Of a stretch of DNA of 64,000 bases, positions 24,890 through 35,045 are shown one piece after another. The translations under genes were made by a program, and so were the position numbers. This DNA comes from an uncultured Spirochaetaceae bacterium (GTDB taxonomy: Bacteria > Spirochaetota > Spirochaetia > SZUA-6 > DRHE01): the NCBI GenBank assembly GCA_964588355.1, contig CAZPPB010000001.1:20695-84694 (forward strand), written 5' to 3'. A model generated the notes under the pieces. That model was not told the DNA's origin, did not search any database, and saw only the letters and a program-made list of their open reading frames with translations. Each line of letters starts with the position of its first letter. The first letter of the stretch is position 1.

Positions 24890-26512
24890 TTGTTTTTTTC
24901 GTCTATCTTGACAAAGCCGGGCAGGGGCAGAGAAACTACGGCATCGGACACACTGCTTATGTTTCTTTCTCGTTTGCGGATCCTGTTGATTGTCTGTGCC
25001 TTCCTGGGCGCCGGCGTGCTTGCCCTGGCCGTGTCCATCCTGCTGATCTCTCCGCAGCGCATCGACCGGCGCACCTGGAACCGTTACTACACCCTGCATA
25101 TCCGGGACAGCGAAGCTGCAGAACAGCTGATTGCCCGCATCGACGAGAGCGGGCGATTCCAGGCGGTCGTTTCCAGATTTACCTCTGAGATCAGTTTCAA
25201 TACTTTTGCCGGTTTTGTCTCTGTCCCGATCCATCGCCTTGGCGATCGACTCGACCCGCTCGATCCCCGTTTTGACCCCTACATGAAGGGGGTTGGAAAG
25301 CTTTTCTCCGTAACGAGCGCGACGAGCTGGGAGGCGGCATACCTGCGCAGCGACAGAAACATCCTCTCCGTGTATCTGGAACTCCGGAGGCTTCTGGGAG
25401 CGCGGGATCTGCGGTGGAGGTTGATCGAGTTCGATCCCGTTGGTGCGGTGATGCAGGTCCTCCTGTTGATCCTCTACCTGACCGTGCTTTCCCGGGTGGC
25501 TTCAAGCGGATCGATCCGGGCGGCGCTCCTGCTGGCTTCTGTCCCGTGGCTGCCGCTGGTTGCGGTTTCGGATTTCCCGATGCTGCTCGCCTTTTTTACG
25601 GTGATGCCCGCGTGGGTGCATCTGTTCGAGCATCTGTACTCTCACCGCTATGTCCGCGCCCGCCCCGGGATATCCGGGCTGGTCGGGGATTTCGCCCGTC
25701 CGGCGGCGGTGCTGGCCATGTCGGCGGGATTGGCCGTTCTTCTCACCGTTCCCGGACCGTTCGCTGCTTTGCTGATGGCAATGGCCGGTGGGGCGCCGGC
25801 AGCTGTTTTTCTGTACTGTTTTTTCATAGTACGGGATTCACTGCATAGCCATGAGCCGTTCCGTGCCCTGCCTATCCTCAGGAGGCTGCGCCCCCGCAGG
25901 ACCCGGCTGTCCCCTGAGATAACGCTGCACCTCCTGCTGGCCTTCGTCGTGCTGCTCTCCTATCCGCTGCTGCGCCTGGGTGCGGCTTTCTCGGGACCCA
26001 GTCCGGATACGATCCGGATGCACTCTATTGGATATGGGAGGAAAACCGGACTGTCCTGGAGCTCTCTGACCGCCCTGTCCGAGTATTCGGTTCCCGGGGC
26101 AATCCCCAACCTGGCTGACTATCTGACCCATCACGCCTACCAGGAATCTCTGATATTCGGCCGCCCGTATAAATTCCCGACCCCGGGGCAGCGCATCCTG
26201 ATTTCCGAATACCGGGTTGATCCGCAGAGGGCACGCGTCCAGAAGACCTTCCGGGTGGTGAAACAGTTCAAAGAATCCTGGCTTCCCGAGACACTGGAGT
26301 CCGCTGCCCCGGGAAGCGTGGCCCGGCTGCTCGCTGACCAGGGATTTGCCGGTACTCCGGTGATGAGCTACGCCGCCGAACCGGTAATGCGATACGTCAT
26401 TTCAGCCGTGATCATCATTCTGTTCTTGTTGCACTTCCTCGTTCCCCGCTATTTTAATTTGACAGCATCCGCATTGTATGCTACTAGGAATCTGACACTC
26501 AGGAGGCACTGA
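24890..26512 (+). CDS. Hypothetical polytopic integral membrane protein
   Basis: More than 8 hydrophobic segments with no recognisable motif. Probable start at the internal ATG (MFLSRLRILL) near 24959. Lies directly upstream of rnfC. Confidence 0.45.
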   Translation: MFFSSILTKPGRGRETTASDTLLMFLSRLRILLIVCAFLGAGVLALAVSILLISPQRIDRRTWNRYYTLHIRDSEAAEQLIARIDESGRFQAVVSRFTSEISFNTFAGFVSVPIHRLGDRLDPLDPRFDPYMKGVGKLFSVTSATSWEAAYLRSDRNILSVYLELRRLLGARDLRWRLIEFDPVGAVMQVLLLILYLTVLSRVASSGSIRAALLLASVPWLPLVAVSDFPMLLAFFTVMPAWVHLFEHLYSHRYVRARPGISGLVGDFARPAAVLAMSAGLAVLLTVPGPFAALLMAMAGGAPAAVFLYCFFIVRDSLHSHEPFRALPILRRLRPRRTRLSPEITLHLLLAFVVLLSYPLLRLGAAFSGPSPDTIRMHSIGYGRKTGLSWSSLTALSEYSVPGAIPNLADYLTHHAYQESLIFGRPYKFPTPGQRILISEYRVDPQRARVQKTFRVVKQFKESWLPETLESAAPGSVARLLADQGFAGTPVMSYAAEPVMRYVISAVIIILFLLHFLVPRYFNLTASALYATRNLTLRRH

Positions 26513-26520
26513 CCGGCGAT

Positions 26521-27840
26521 ATGGCTCATAAATTGCGTACCTTCGGGGAGGGCGGTGTCCATCCCCACGAATTCAAATTCTTTACGAACGAAAGTTCCAT
26601 CCGCAACGCCCCGATACCCCCCGAAGCGGTGATTCCTCTTCAGCAGCACATGGGTGCACCGGCGGAATGTCTGGTCGAGGCGGGGGACACGGTGCGCGAA
26701 GGGATGCTCATTGGAAAAGCTTCCGGTGTCTTTTCGGCAAACGTGCACTCCTCGATCCCCGGCAAGGTCAAGGAAATCAGGGATATCTATCTGGCCACGG
26801 GAATGCCCTGCAAAGCCGTGGTTGTGGAGTTCGAGGGGGAGTTCGAACGCGGGGACAACGGCCCGTTGCAGTGGCAGGACAAAGACCCCCGGGAGCTCCT
26901 GGATCTGATTCGGGAGCAGGGTATCGTGGGCATGGGAGGTGCGACCTTCCCAACCCCCATCAAGTTCACAACCCGCGAAGCCAGTCCCGTGGAAACCTTC
27001 GTGATCAACGGAGTGGAGTGCGAGCCATTCCTGACAGCCGACCACCGGCTGATGTTGGAGAAGACGGCAGGCATCCTCGAGGGGATCGAGATCGTGCGCC
27101 GCGTCCTCTCCCCGCGCTCCGTGCTGTTCGGTGTGGAGGAGAACAAACCGGACGCGATAGAGGCGCTCGGCCGAGAGATCGCCCGCAGGAGCGCCGATAT
27201 AGAGGTCGTGGTGCTGAAGACCCGCTATCCTCAGGGCGACGAAAAGCAGCTGCTCAAAGCCCTCACCGGCAGGGAGGTGCCCTCGGGGGGGCTGCCCCTA
27301 GACATCGGGGCGGTGGTCTCCAACGTCGGCACCGTCTATGCCATCTACGAGGCCGTGGCCCTGGGAAAACCCCTGATCGAACGGATCGTTACGGTCACGG
27401 GTCCGGCGCTTAAAAACCCGGCGAACTTCAAGGTCCGAATCGGAACGCCGGTGGGGAACCTCCTCGAGGAGTGCGGGGGTTTTTCCGCCAGTCCCGGAAA
27501 GATCGTGGCCGGCGGACCGATGATGGGCTTCGCTGTGGCCGATCCCGGCGTTCCGGTGGTGAAGGGGACTTCCGGAATCCTGGTGCTCTCGGAAAAACAG
27601 TCCAAGCCGGTACTGCAGACCCCCTGCATCGGCTGCGGACGCTGTGTTTCCGCCTGTCCCTTCGGGTTGAGTCCGACTACGTTGTACAAGTGGATCGAAC
27701 ATCGAGAGTACCAGGAGGCTATGACAGCCGGACTGATGGACTGCAAAGAGTGCGGCTGCTGCGGGTACGTATGCCCGGCGCATATTCCCCTCATCCAGGG
27801 AATGAAGCTCGGAAAACAAATGGCGCGGAGGAAGGGCTGA
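26521..27840 (+). CDS. rnfC: Rnf electron transport complex subunit C
   Basis: RnfC N-terminal and NADH-binding-like regions. Two 4Fe-4S motifs CIGCGRCVSACP and CKECGCCGYVCP. Confidence 0.9.
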   Translation: MAHKLRTFGEGGVHPHEFKFFTNESSIRNAPIPPEAVIPLQQHMGAPAECLVEAGDTVREGMLIGKASGVFSANVHSSIPGKVKEIRDIYLATGMPCKAVVVEFEGEFERGDNGPLQWQDKDPRELLDLIREQGIVGMGGATFPTPIKFTTREASPVETFVINGVECEPFLTADHRLMLEKTAGILEGIEIVRRVLSPRSVLFGVEENKPDAIEALGREIARRSADIEVVVLKTRYPQGDEKQLLKALTGREVPSGGLPLDIGAVVSNVGTVYAIYEAVALGKPLIERIVTVTGPALKNPANFKVRIGTPVGNLLEECGGFSASPGKIVAGGPMMGFAVADPGVPVVKGTSGILVLSEKQSKPVLQTPCIGCGRCVSACPFGLSPTTLYKWIEHREYQEAMTAGLMDCKECGCCGYVCPAHIPLIQGMKLGKQMARRKG

Positions 27841-27845
27841 AGATC

Positions 27846-28928
27846 ATGGCAGATGTCAAGACAACCTGGAATGCACGGGTCACCGTATCCCCCCACCTCC
27901 ACGAAGGAAGCAGCACGGCAAAGATCATGATCAGCGTGATCGCGTGCCTGCTGCCCGCCGGCGTGTGGGGCGTTTTTCTGTTCGGGCTGTACTCGCTGTA
28001 CGTGATTCTGGTCTCAATCGCCGCCTGCGTGCTCACCGAGTTCATCCTTGCCCGTCTGCTGGGCCGCTTCACTCTGAATGACTGGAGCGCAGTTCTAACC
28101 GGGCTTCTCATTGGCTACAACATGCCCCCTTCGGTGCCCATCTATCTGCCGGTCATCGCTTCGGTTTTCGCCATAGGGGTAGTAAAGATGGCCTTCGGCG
28201 GACTGGGGCGCAACTGGATGAATCCCGCTCTTGCCGGGCGCGTTTTCCTCACCTTCTCCTGGACCGGATTCATGACGACCTGGAAGACTCCGCTGACCTG
28301 GCGAAGCGATGCGGTAACCAGCGCTACGGTGTTGGGATATGTGAAGTCGGGCCTTGTAGATTTCCAGGGTACCGCCCTGGGACCCGTGGAGTTCTTAGCC
28401 TCGAAGGGCTATCCGCTGCCCGATCTGCCGGGCTTCCTCGCCCCTCTGGGAAGGTTGTTCCCAGGACGTTACGGAGCGCTTTTTTTGGGGAATATCCCGG
28501 GATGCATCGGCGAGGTTTCGGCTGTGCTGCTCCTGCTGGGCAGCATCTATCTGCTCGTAAAAAAAATCATCTCCTGGGAAATCCCGGTATCCTACATCGG
28601 TTCCTTCGCCCTGCTGATCTGGTTTCTCGGCGGCAGGCCCTTCGGCGCAGGCCTGTTCACCGGGGATGTGCTGTTCCATCTCCTGGCCGGAGGACTGGTG
28701 CTGGGCGCGCTGTACATGGCCACCGACATGGTGAGCTCTCCCCTGACCCGCAGCGGAATGATCATCTACGGAGTGGGTGCGGGATTTCTGACCTTTCTGA
28801 TCCGTATCTACGGGTCGTTTCCCGAAGGGGTGTCCCTGGCCATCATTATCATGAATATGTTTGTTCCGCTGATAAACCGCATGACCCGCCCCGTGGTTTT
28901 CGGGTACGTGAAGGAAGGTAAGGAATGA
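27846..28928 (+). CDS. rnfD: Rnf complex subunit D
   Basis: NqrB/RnfD-like polytopic protein. Internal ATG MADVKTTWNARVTVSPHLH at 27846, just after the rnfC stop. The upstream part of the table ORF overlaps rnfC and is not coding. Confidence 0.85.
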   Translation: MADVKTTWNARVTVSPHLHEGSSTAKIMISVIACLLPAGVWGVFLFGLYSLYVILVSIAACVLTEFILARLLGRFTLNDWSAVLTGLLIGYNMPPSVPIYLPVIASVFAIGVVKMAFGGLGRNWMNPALAGRVFLTFSWTGFMTTWKTPLTWRSDAVTSATVLGYVKSGLVDFQGTALGPVEFLASKGYPLPDLPGFLAPLGRLFPGRYGALFLGNIPGCIGEVSAVLLLLGSIYLLVKKIISWEIPVSYIGSFALLIWFLGGRPFGAGLFTGDVLFHLLAGGLVLGALYMATDMVSSPLTRSGMIIYGVGAGFLTFLIRIYGSFPEGVSLAIIIMNMFVPLINRMTRPVVFGYVKEGKE

Positions 28929-29479
28929 AAAGCGTAGTAACCATAGGGTTGAAGCTGTTCGCCATCTGCGCGGTAGCCGCCCTTACCCTGGGAGGAATCA
29001 ACGCCATCACCGAACCTGTAATCATCCAGCGGAAGATCATGGAGCTCGAGCAGGCCTTGGGCCAGCTGACCCCGGACGCCGAAACCGGGGAGGCAGTCGC
29101 GGTAACCGACAATCCTGTGATTGTCAAACGATATCCCGTCCGCATAGAGGGTCAGAACGCCGGGATGCTGCTGGAGTTGCAGGGTTCAGGCTATGGGGGG
29201 GAGATGAAGATCCTGGCCCGCTACGATAAGGACGGAAGGATACTGGCTGTGAAGATGATGGAAAACAGTGAAACTCCCGGGCTGGGCAAGAAGGCGGAGA
29301 ATCCAGCCTACATGGAGAAATTCTTGAACACCGGCACTGCCGAAAACCCGGTTCCGATTCGTAAGGATATGCTGGCTACAGCGGAGGCCGATTCAATCAC
29401 CGGTGCTACCATTACCTTTCTGGGTGTCTCCAAGGCTCTGGCCGAAGGAGCCCGCTACGCAGCCGCGGGAGGAGATTGA
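28925..29479 (+). CDS. rnfG: Rnf complex subunit G (FMN-binding)
   Basis: N-terminal TM. FMN-attachment region SITGATITFLGV. ATGA overlap with rnfD. Confidence 0.85.
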   Translation: MKSVVTIGLKLFAICAVAALTLGGINAITEPVIIQRKIMELEQALGQLTPDAETGEAVAVTDNPVIVKRYPVRIEGQNAGMLLELQGSGYGGEMKILARYDKDGRILAVKMMENSETPGLGKKAENPAYMEKFLNTGTAENPVPIRKDMLATAEADSITGATITFLGVSKALAEGARYAAAGGD

Positions 29480-30198
29480 CGATGTACAGCGAATTCAGTA
29501 AGGGGATCTTCAAGGAGAATCCTATTTTCATCATCCTTCTGGGGCTTTGTCCGACCCTGGCGGTATCAACCCAGGTGGTGAACGCCCTGGGCATGGGAGC
29601 CGGGGTCATCTTCGTTCTGATCGGCTCGGAAATCTTCGTGTCCCTGCTGAAAGATTTCATCCCCGCGCGGATCCGCATTCCCTCGTTTATCGTGATCATC
29701 GCCTCCTTCGTCACCATCGTGGACCTGGTGATGCAGGCCTACGCCCCTTCACTGTCCCGCAGCCTGGGGGTGTTCGTCCAGCTGATCGTTGTCAACTGCA
29801 TCATACTGGGCAGGGCCGAGGCGTTCGCCAGCAAACGGAGGTTGGGAGAGTCCCTGCTCGATGCCCTGGGTATGGGCGTGGGTTTCACCCTGGGACTGCT
29901 GTTGATCTCGGCAATCCGGGAGATCCTTGGGGCCGGGACAATCACCCTTTTTGCAGTCGGCTCCTTCGACGGGGTCATCCGCATCCCCGGGCTTTCCTCT
30001 CAGCCGGCCCGGGTATTGGCCCTGGCACCCGGGGCGCTGCTGGTGATCGGCTTTTTGAAAGCCCTGTTCAATTGGATGGAGATGCGAAGGCAGGCCCGCG
30101 CGGCCTGGATCGTACCGACCCCGGCGCCGGCCGCAGCTGCAGCCGCAGAGGGTGCGCCCGCGCTGCAGGGGCCGTCCGATGAAGGGAGGACCTCATGA
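29476..30198 (+). CDS. rnfE: Rnf complex subunit E
   Basis: NqrD/RnfE signature ILLGLCPTLAV. Overlaps rnfG by 4 nt. Confidence 0.85.
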   Translation: MTMYSEFSKGIFKENPIFIILLGLCPTLAVSTQVVNALGMGAGVIFVLIGSEIFVSLLKDFIPARIRIPSFIVIIASFVTIVDLVMQAYAPSLSRSLGVFVQLIVVNCIILGRAEAFASKRRLGESLLDALGMGVGFTLGLLLISAIREILGAGTITLFAVGSFDGVIRIPGLSSQPARVLALAPGALLVIGFLKALFNWMEMRRQARAAWIVPTPAPAAAAAAEGAPALQGPSDEGRTS

Positions 30199-30785
30199 GC
30201 TACATCGGCATCATCATCACCTTCGTTTTCATCAACAACTTCATCCTGACCCAGTTCCTCGGGCTTTGTCCGTTCATCGGCGTGTCCCGGAGAACAGATT
30301 CGGCGGTGGGTATGGGATTTGCCGTCATCTTCGTGATGTCCATAGCCTCCCTGGCCACCTGGGCGGTCTACAGGCTGATCCTGGTTCCTCTGAATATCGA
30401 GTATCTCCAGACCATCAGCTTCATCCTGATAATCGCCGCCCTGGTCCAGCTGGTGGAGATGGTGATCATGAAGATCTCTCCGCCCCTGTACAAGGCGCTG
30501 GGCATCTACCTGCCCCTGATCACCACGAACTGCGCGGTTTTGGGTATCGCCCTGATCGGCGTGCGCAGCGACTACAACGCCCCGGAGAGCTTCGTCGCAG
30601 GGATCGCCGCTGGATTGGGTTTCCTGCTGGCGATCGTAGTGATGTCCACGATCCGGGAACGGTTGGACCGGGAATGGATTCCCAAACCCTTCAGGGGCGT
30701 TCCCATCGCTTTTATCACAGCCGGCCTCATGGCTCTGGCTTTCATGGCTTTTGACAAGGCACTGTTGAAGAACCTGCTCGGATAG
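30195..30785 (+). CDS. rnfA: Rnf complex subunit A
   Basis: NqrE/RnfA signature ILTQFLGLCPFIGVS. Overlaps rnfE by 4 nt. Confidence 0.85.
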   Translation: MSYIGIIITFVFINNFILTQFLGLCPFIGVSRRTDSAVGMGFAVIFVMSIASLATWAVYRLILVPLNIEYLQTISFILIIAALVQLVEMVIMKISPPLYKALGIYLPLITTNCAVLGIALIGVRSDYNAPESFVAGIAAGLGFLLAIVVMSTIRERLDREWIPKPFRGVPIAFITAGLMALAFMAFDKALLKNLLG

Positions 30786-30796
30786 GAGGATCCCAG

Positions 30797-31618
30797 GTGG
30801 TAGTTGTACGATTAGCTTTTGCTGTGGCATCGGTTGCCGGTTTGGGGATACTCCTTGGTCTGGGACTGGCCGTCGCCTCCCGCCTGCTGGCGGTACGCCG
30901 GGACGAGAGGGTGGAAGCCATCGAAAAGGCGCTTCCCGGATCGAATTGCGGGGCCTGCGGTTTCGCCGGCTGCGCGGCCTACGCAGCGCAGATCGTGGGC
31001 GGAGAGGTCGCCCTGGACATGTGCACCGTCGGGGGGGCGGATGTAGCCACGAAGATCGCCGAAATAATGGGGTCCCAGTATGAGGCTACGGAGGCGGTGA
31101 AGAGGGTTCCCCAGGTTCACTGCCGCGGCGGCGGTGCGGCGGCCGAGCGCGCTTTCGAGTACACGGGGGTGAGCGACTGTGTCGCCCTGTACGCGCTGTT
31201 CGGCGGCGACAGAGTCTGCAAGTACGGTTGTCTGGGCCTGGGCAGCTGCATGGAGGTTTGTCCGGTCGATGCGATCTACTACGATGCTGACGGACTGGTT
31301 TGGGTCAACAAGGAGATCTGCATTTCCTGCGGCCAGTGCGTGAAGGTCTGCCCGACCGGGGTGATGCAATGGCTGCCCTACGATGCGGACTACCTGGTTG
31401 CCTGCAGCTCGAAAGACAAAGGCGGACGGGTCCGCAAGTACTGCAAGGTCGGCTGCATAGCCTGTAAAATCTGCGAGAAGAAATCCCCCGAAGGAGGATA
31501 CAAGGTCGAGGACAATCTCTCGCGGATCGACTACGAGGTTTCAGGTGACCGGAGTGAGGCGGCGGAGGCCTGCCCGACCAAGTGCATAATAAGGAATGAT
31601 GTTCGTCCAAAACGATGA
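30797..31618 (+). CDS. rnfB: Rnf complex subunit B (ferredoxin-like, Fe-S)
   Basis: N-terminal TM. Cys cluster CGACGFAGCAAYA..C. Multiple 4Fe-4S ferredoxin motifs (CISCGQCVKVCP etc.). Confidence 0.85.
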   Translation: MVVVRLAFAVASVAGLGILLGLGLAVASRLLAVRRDERVEAIEKALPGSNCGACGFAGCAAYAAQIVGGEVALDMCTVGGADVATKIAEIMGSQYEATEAVKRVPQVHCRGGGAAAERAFEYTGVSDCVALYALFGGDRVCKYGCLGLGSCMEVCPVDAIYYDADGLVWVNKEICISCGQCVKVCPTGVMQWLPYDADYLVACSSKDKGGRVRKYCKVGCIACKICEKKSPEGGYKVEDNLSRIDYEVSGDRSEAAEACPTKCIIRNDVRPKR

Positions 31619-33624
31619 GTTCGATCAGCCTGGTATTCGGCACTTACAATCATCAACCCGATGGAACCGCCCCTGAGGAATTCGAAGCCGTCTATCAGCG
31701 GTCGTACAAACCCTTTCTGAGCCTTCTGTACAAGTTTCCCCGGCTGCACACGGTGCTCCACTACTGCGGATCCCTGTTCGAATGGATGGAGGATCAGCAC
31801 CCGGAGTTCATCATGCTTCTGAAGGAGATGATCCGGCGCAAACAGGTGGAGCTGCTGGGCGGGGGATATCACGCGCCGATACTGCCGATCATACCCGACG
31901 GCGACAAGCTGGGGCAGATCGAGAAAATGAGCACCTACATTCGAACCACCTTCGGCACCCGGCCGCGGGGAAGCTGGCTCACCGAGAGCGTATGGGAACC
32001 GACCCTGGCCCGCATCTTGAGCAACAGCGGAATCGAATACACGTTTCTCGATGATCGTCACTTCCATACAGCAGGTGTGCCGGAATCGGAATGCTACCGG
32101 CCTTATCGTACCGAAGATCAGGGGAAGGCCGTCACGGTGTTTCCCGTGCACATGGGTCTGCAGGCAATGGTACCTGCCGGCGGTACGGAGGGCATCATCT
32201 CGGAGCTGCGGGGGATAGCTTCCCGAGCTCCCGAGCAGATCGCCGTTATCCTGGTGCCCGGTGAGAAACTCACCGCCCCTGACGGGACGCCCGGGATCTA
32301 CGGGGAGGGGGGATGGCTTTCCCGCTTCTTAGATCTGTTGGAGGGCAACCGGGACTGGCTCCACTGCGTCAATCCCCGCTACCGTCCCGAAGTCCTGCGC
32401 CCCCGGGGACGCCTGTACTTTCCCTGCCTCTCCTCCATGGAAACCATGAACAGCGCTTTGTCGCTATCCCGGCAGAAGGTCTGTCAGGAAATCAGCAAGA
32501 GGGTCCGCAGACCCGATAACGGGATCTACCTGCAGAGGGGTTTTTTCCGCCAGTTCCTGACCCGATATCCGGAAGTCGGCCTCTTGTACTCCCGGCTGAT
32601 GTATACCCATGTCCTGGTCAATCAAATCCGGGGGGACAAATACAAGAAGAAGGCCGCCCTCAACGAGCTGTGGAAGGGACAAACCGGAGCGGTGTACTGG
32701 CACGGTCGGAACGCGGGAGCATACTCGAACGACCTGCGCAAAGCTGCCTACCGAGCCTTCAATGAAGCGGAGAAGATCACCCGCAACGCCGGTATGTTCA
32801 TTTCATCGATCATCTCCTCGGATTACGACATGGACGGTCAGGAGGAGTGCCTGTATCAGGGCAGAGTGCTCAACGCTTTTGTTCACAGCAATGGAGCCGA
32901 ACTCCTGGAGCTGGATTACCTTCCCAAGAGCTGGAACTACCTGGACACGATCGCTCGTTGGCCGGAACGATATCACCGTTACAAATACGAGGGCTGCGAC
33001 TGGTACATGCGAAAAGGCTTTATCGATCACTTTTTCTCACCCTCTACGACCCTGGAGAAATTCGACAGAATGACCTATCAGGAGACGGGGGATTTCATCG
33101 AGCGACCCTTTCAAATCGAGGAGTTCAAACGGGAACAGAGGAAAGTAGTACTCACCAGGCACGGACAGGTTCGGATCAAACGCAAGAACAACCCCGTAAC
33201 CCTCTCGAAAAGCTACAGTTTCAAGGAAAATGGCATTGAGGTGGGCATCAGTATCCACAACCGCGGAACTCAGCCTGTCGAGCTGTGGTACGGGTCGGAG
33301 TGCAATCTGTCCCTGGCCGGCTGCCAGCAGGCGACGCTGGTGCTGCACAGCGAGGGAAAAGAAATCCCCCTCGGCAGAGAAGCCGTCGACCTGGGAGCGG
33401 TTCAGGCATTGAAGATCTATGATAATGTCAACCGTGTTCAGATTGCCTTCGGGGCGGACAGGGAGTTCTCCCTGTGGAGCCTGCCGATATACACGATGAG
33501 CGACTTCGGAGATACATTGCGGAAGATCTATCAGTGTTCGTGCTTCCTGCCGCAGTGGCAGCTAGAGCTCGAGCCGGATCAGAAGCAGGAGCTCAAGGTG
33601 AGCATCGATCTGCGAAAACGGTAG
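31615..33624 (+). CDS. Glycoside hydrolase family 57 protein (alpha-amylase / 4-alpha-glucanotransferase-like)
   Basis: N-terminal LVFGTYNHQP..HYCGSLFEWMED..ELLGGGYHAPILP..WLTESVW matches the GH57 catalytic domain. Its ATG overlaps the rnfB stop (ATGA). Confidence 0.8.
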   Translation: MSSISLVFGTYNHQPDGTAPEEFEAVYQRSYKPFLSLLYKFPRLHTVLHYCGSLFEWMEDQHPEFIMLLKEMIRRKQVELLGGGYHAPILPIIPDGDKLGQIEKMSTYIRTTFGTRPRGSWLTESVWEPTLARILSNSGIEYTFLDDRHFHTAGVPESECYRPYRTEDQGKAVTVFPVHMGLQAMVPAGGTEGIISELRGIASRAPEQIAVILVPGEKLTAPDGTPGIYGEGGWLSRFLDLLEGNRDWLHCVNPRYRPEVLRPRGRLYFPCLSSMETMNSALSLSRQKVCQEISKRVRRPDNGIYLQRGFFRQFLTRYPEVGLLYSRLMYTHVLVNQIRGDKYKKKAALNELWKGQTGAVYWHGRNAGAYSNDLRKAAYRAFNEAEKITRNAGMFISSIISSDYDMDGQEECLYQGRVLNAFVHSNGAELLELDYLPKSWNYLDTIARWPERYHRYKYEGCDWYMRKGFIDHFFSPSTTLEKFDRMTYQETGDFIERPFQIEEFKREQRKVVLTRHGQVRIKRKNNPVTLSKSYSFKENGIEVGISIHNRGTQPVELWYGSECNLSLAGCQQATLVLHSEGKEIPLGREAVDLGAVQALKIYDNVNRVQIAFGADREFSLWSLPIYTMSDFGDTLRKIYQCSCFLPQWQLELEPDQKQELKVSIDLRKR

Positions 33625-33688
33625 AGTCTATCTGCGGGCGCCGGGACACGGCGGTCCAGGCGGTGCGGCCGGAGATGGCCCCCCGCGG

Positions 33689-34975
33689 TCATTCCCAGAG
33701 ATGGCGAAAACACGACTCCAGCCAGGGCTGGACCGGGGCGTAGAGCTGCCCCTGTGACAGGACGAACTCGAGCAGCGCTTCTTCGTACAATCCCTGGAAG
33801 TAATATGCCTGAGCCAGATAGAAGCGCACCCGGGCTTCGGTATAGGGGGAACGTCGGAGGTTGAGAAAACCCTGCAATTTCGATTCCGCCCCCGCATAGT
33901 CACCGGCCAGCAGGTGCTCCTGCAGGATATTATACAGACCCGTCGATTCCCCGCCCCCCGGCTCGTTCTTGTCCTCCGGGAGGATGACCACGGTCTTTTG
34001 GCCGGCGGCCAACGGTGCAGCGGAGGCTAGAACGCGGGAAACGGCTGCCTCCGTCAGGGGGTCCAGCTCCTCCCGTCGCGGGGGAATGGTAAAAACGCTC
34101 TCCGAATCCTCGGCAAGCTGCAGATACGGCAGTGCAATGGCCGTCGTGGACGCTTGAGCCGCAGCTTCCGGACCGGCTGACCCCTGGGTGTCACGGCCCG
34201 CATCTGCGCCGGCAGCCGCCGTCACACCGGAAACGGGAGGCAGGGCGACCCGGGGAACCTCCAGAGGTACCACAACCCCCTGGAGGGTCGTGTTTTCCCG
34301 GGCTGACAGAATCTGTCTGCCCAATTTGAACATTTCGGTATCGAGCACCGCGTAGTAGCTCTCCACACCGGGAATCGGGTAGTCGACGTAGCGGGTGGTG
34401 CCCGGTTTCAGCTGCAGGGGAGCAGAGGCATTCAGCAGGTCCTCGGAAGTAGTCATGGGGGAGGCGCCGCGGAACAGGAGAAGGTTTCGGTCCGGATTGG
34501 AATTTTCGAAAACGACCTGAACCGAGTCGTACACAACTTCGGCCTTGATACCGGTAATCCGGGCGGCCTCGCTTTCCATGGGGGGCGGGGCGGTTATCCG
34601 GACCCCCTCGGAGGTCTTGTTCCGAAACGGAATAAACAGTTCCTGGATCACAGCGCTTGGGTCTTCTATGAGCACCGCGTAGTAGTACAATTTGTCGTCC
34701 GGAGGAGTGTCCCGGTAGCTCTCCTGATCCGCCCCCAGACTGGCCACGGGTACCGCTTCGCTCAGGTTGTTCTGACCGATCTCGGTTGAATGCCGATACA
34801 GAAGTAATACGCCCTCGAGGTTGCTGGGATTGCGCCAGGTGATGAGGATCTGAGACTCATCGGCTTTGGCTTTAAGTTTCGATACGAAGGGGACGAAGCT
34901 TTCTGTTCCCGCTTCCTGGGTGAATGCCGGGGAAAGGAGATTCAAGAGGAGAAGAAACAGGAGTACTTTCCTCAT
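33689..34975 (-). CDS. Hypothetical secreted protein with Ig/FN3-like repeats and a C-terminal TPR-like region
   Basis: Signal peptide MRKVLLFLLLLNLLSPAFTQ. Two repeated beta-rich modules. C-terminal YYFQGLYEEALLEF. No enzymatic motif. Confidence 0.45.
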   Translation of the reverse strand: MRKVLLFLLLLNLLSPAFTQEAGTESFVPFVSKLKAKADESQILITWRNPSNLEGVLLLYRHSTEIGQNNLSEAVPVASLGADQESYRDTPPDDKLYYYAVLIEDPSAVIQELFIPFRNKTSEGVRITAPPPMESEAARITGIKAEVVYDSVQVVFENSNPDRNLLLFRGASPMTTSEDLLNASAPLQLKPGTTRYVDYPIPGVESYYAVLDTEMFKLGRQILSARENTTLQGVVVPLEVPRVALPPVSGVTAAAGADAGRDTQGSAGPEAAAQASTTAIALPYLQLAEDSESVFTIPPRREELDPLTEAAVSRVLASAAPLAAGQKTVVILPEDKNEPGGGESTGLYNILQEHLLAGDYAGAESKLQGFLNLRRSPYTEARVRFYLAQAYYFQGLYEEALLEFVLSQGQLYAPVQPWLESCFRHLWE

Positions 34976-35045
34976 ACACGTTACTCATCGGCGGGGGATT
35001 TTCATAGTTTGACACAAAATAGGAGAATCTTTAAACTTAATCAAG

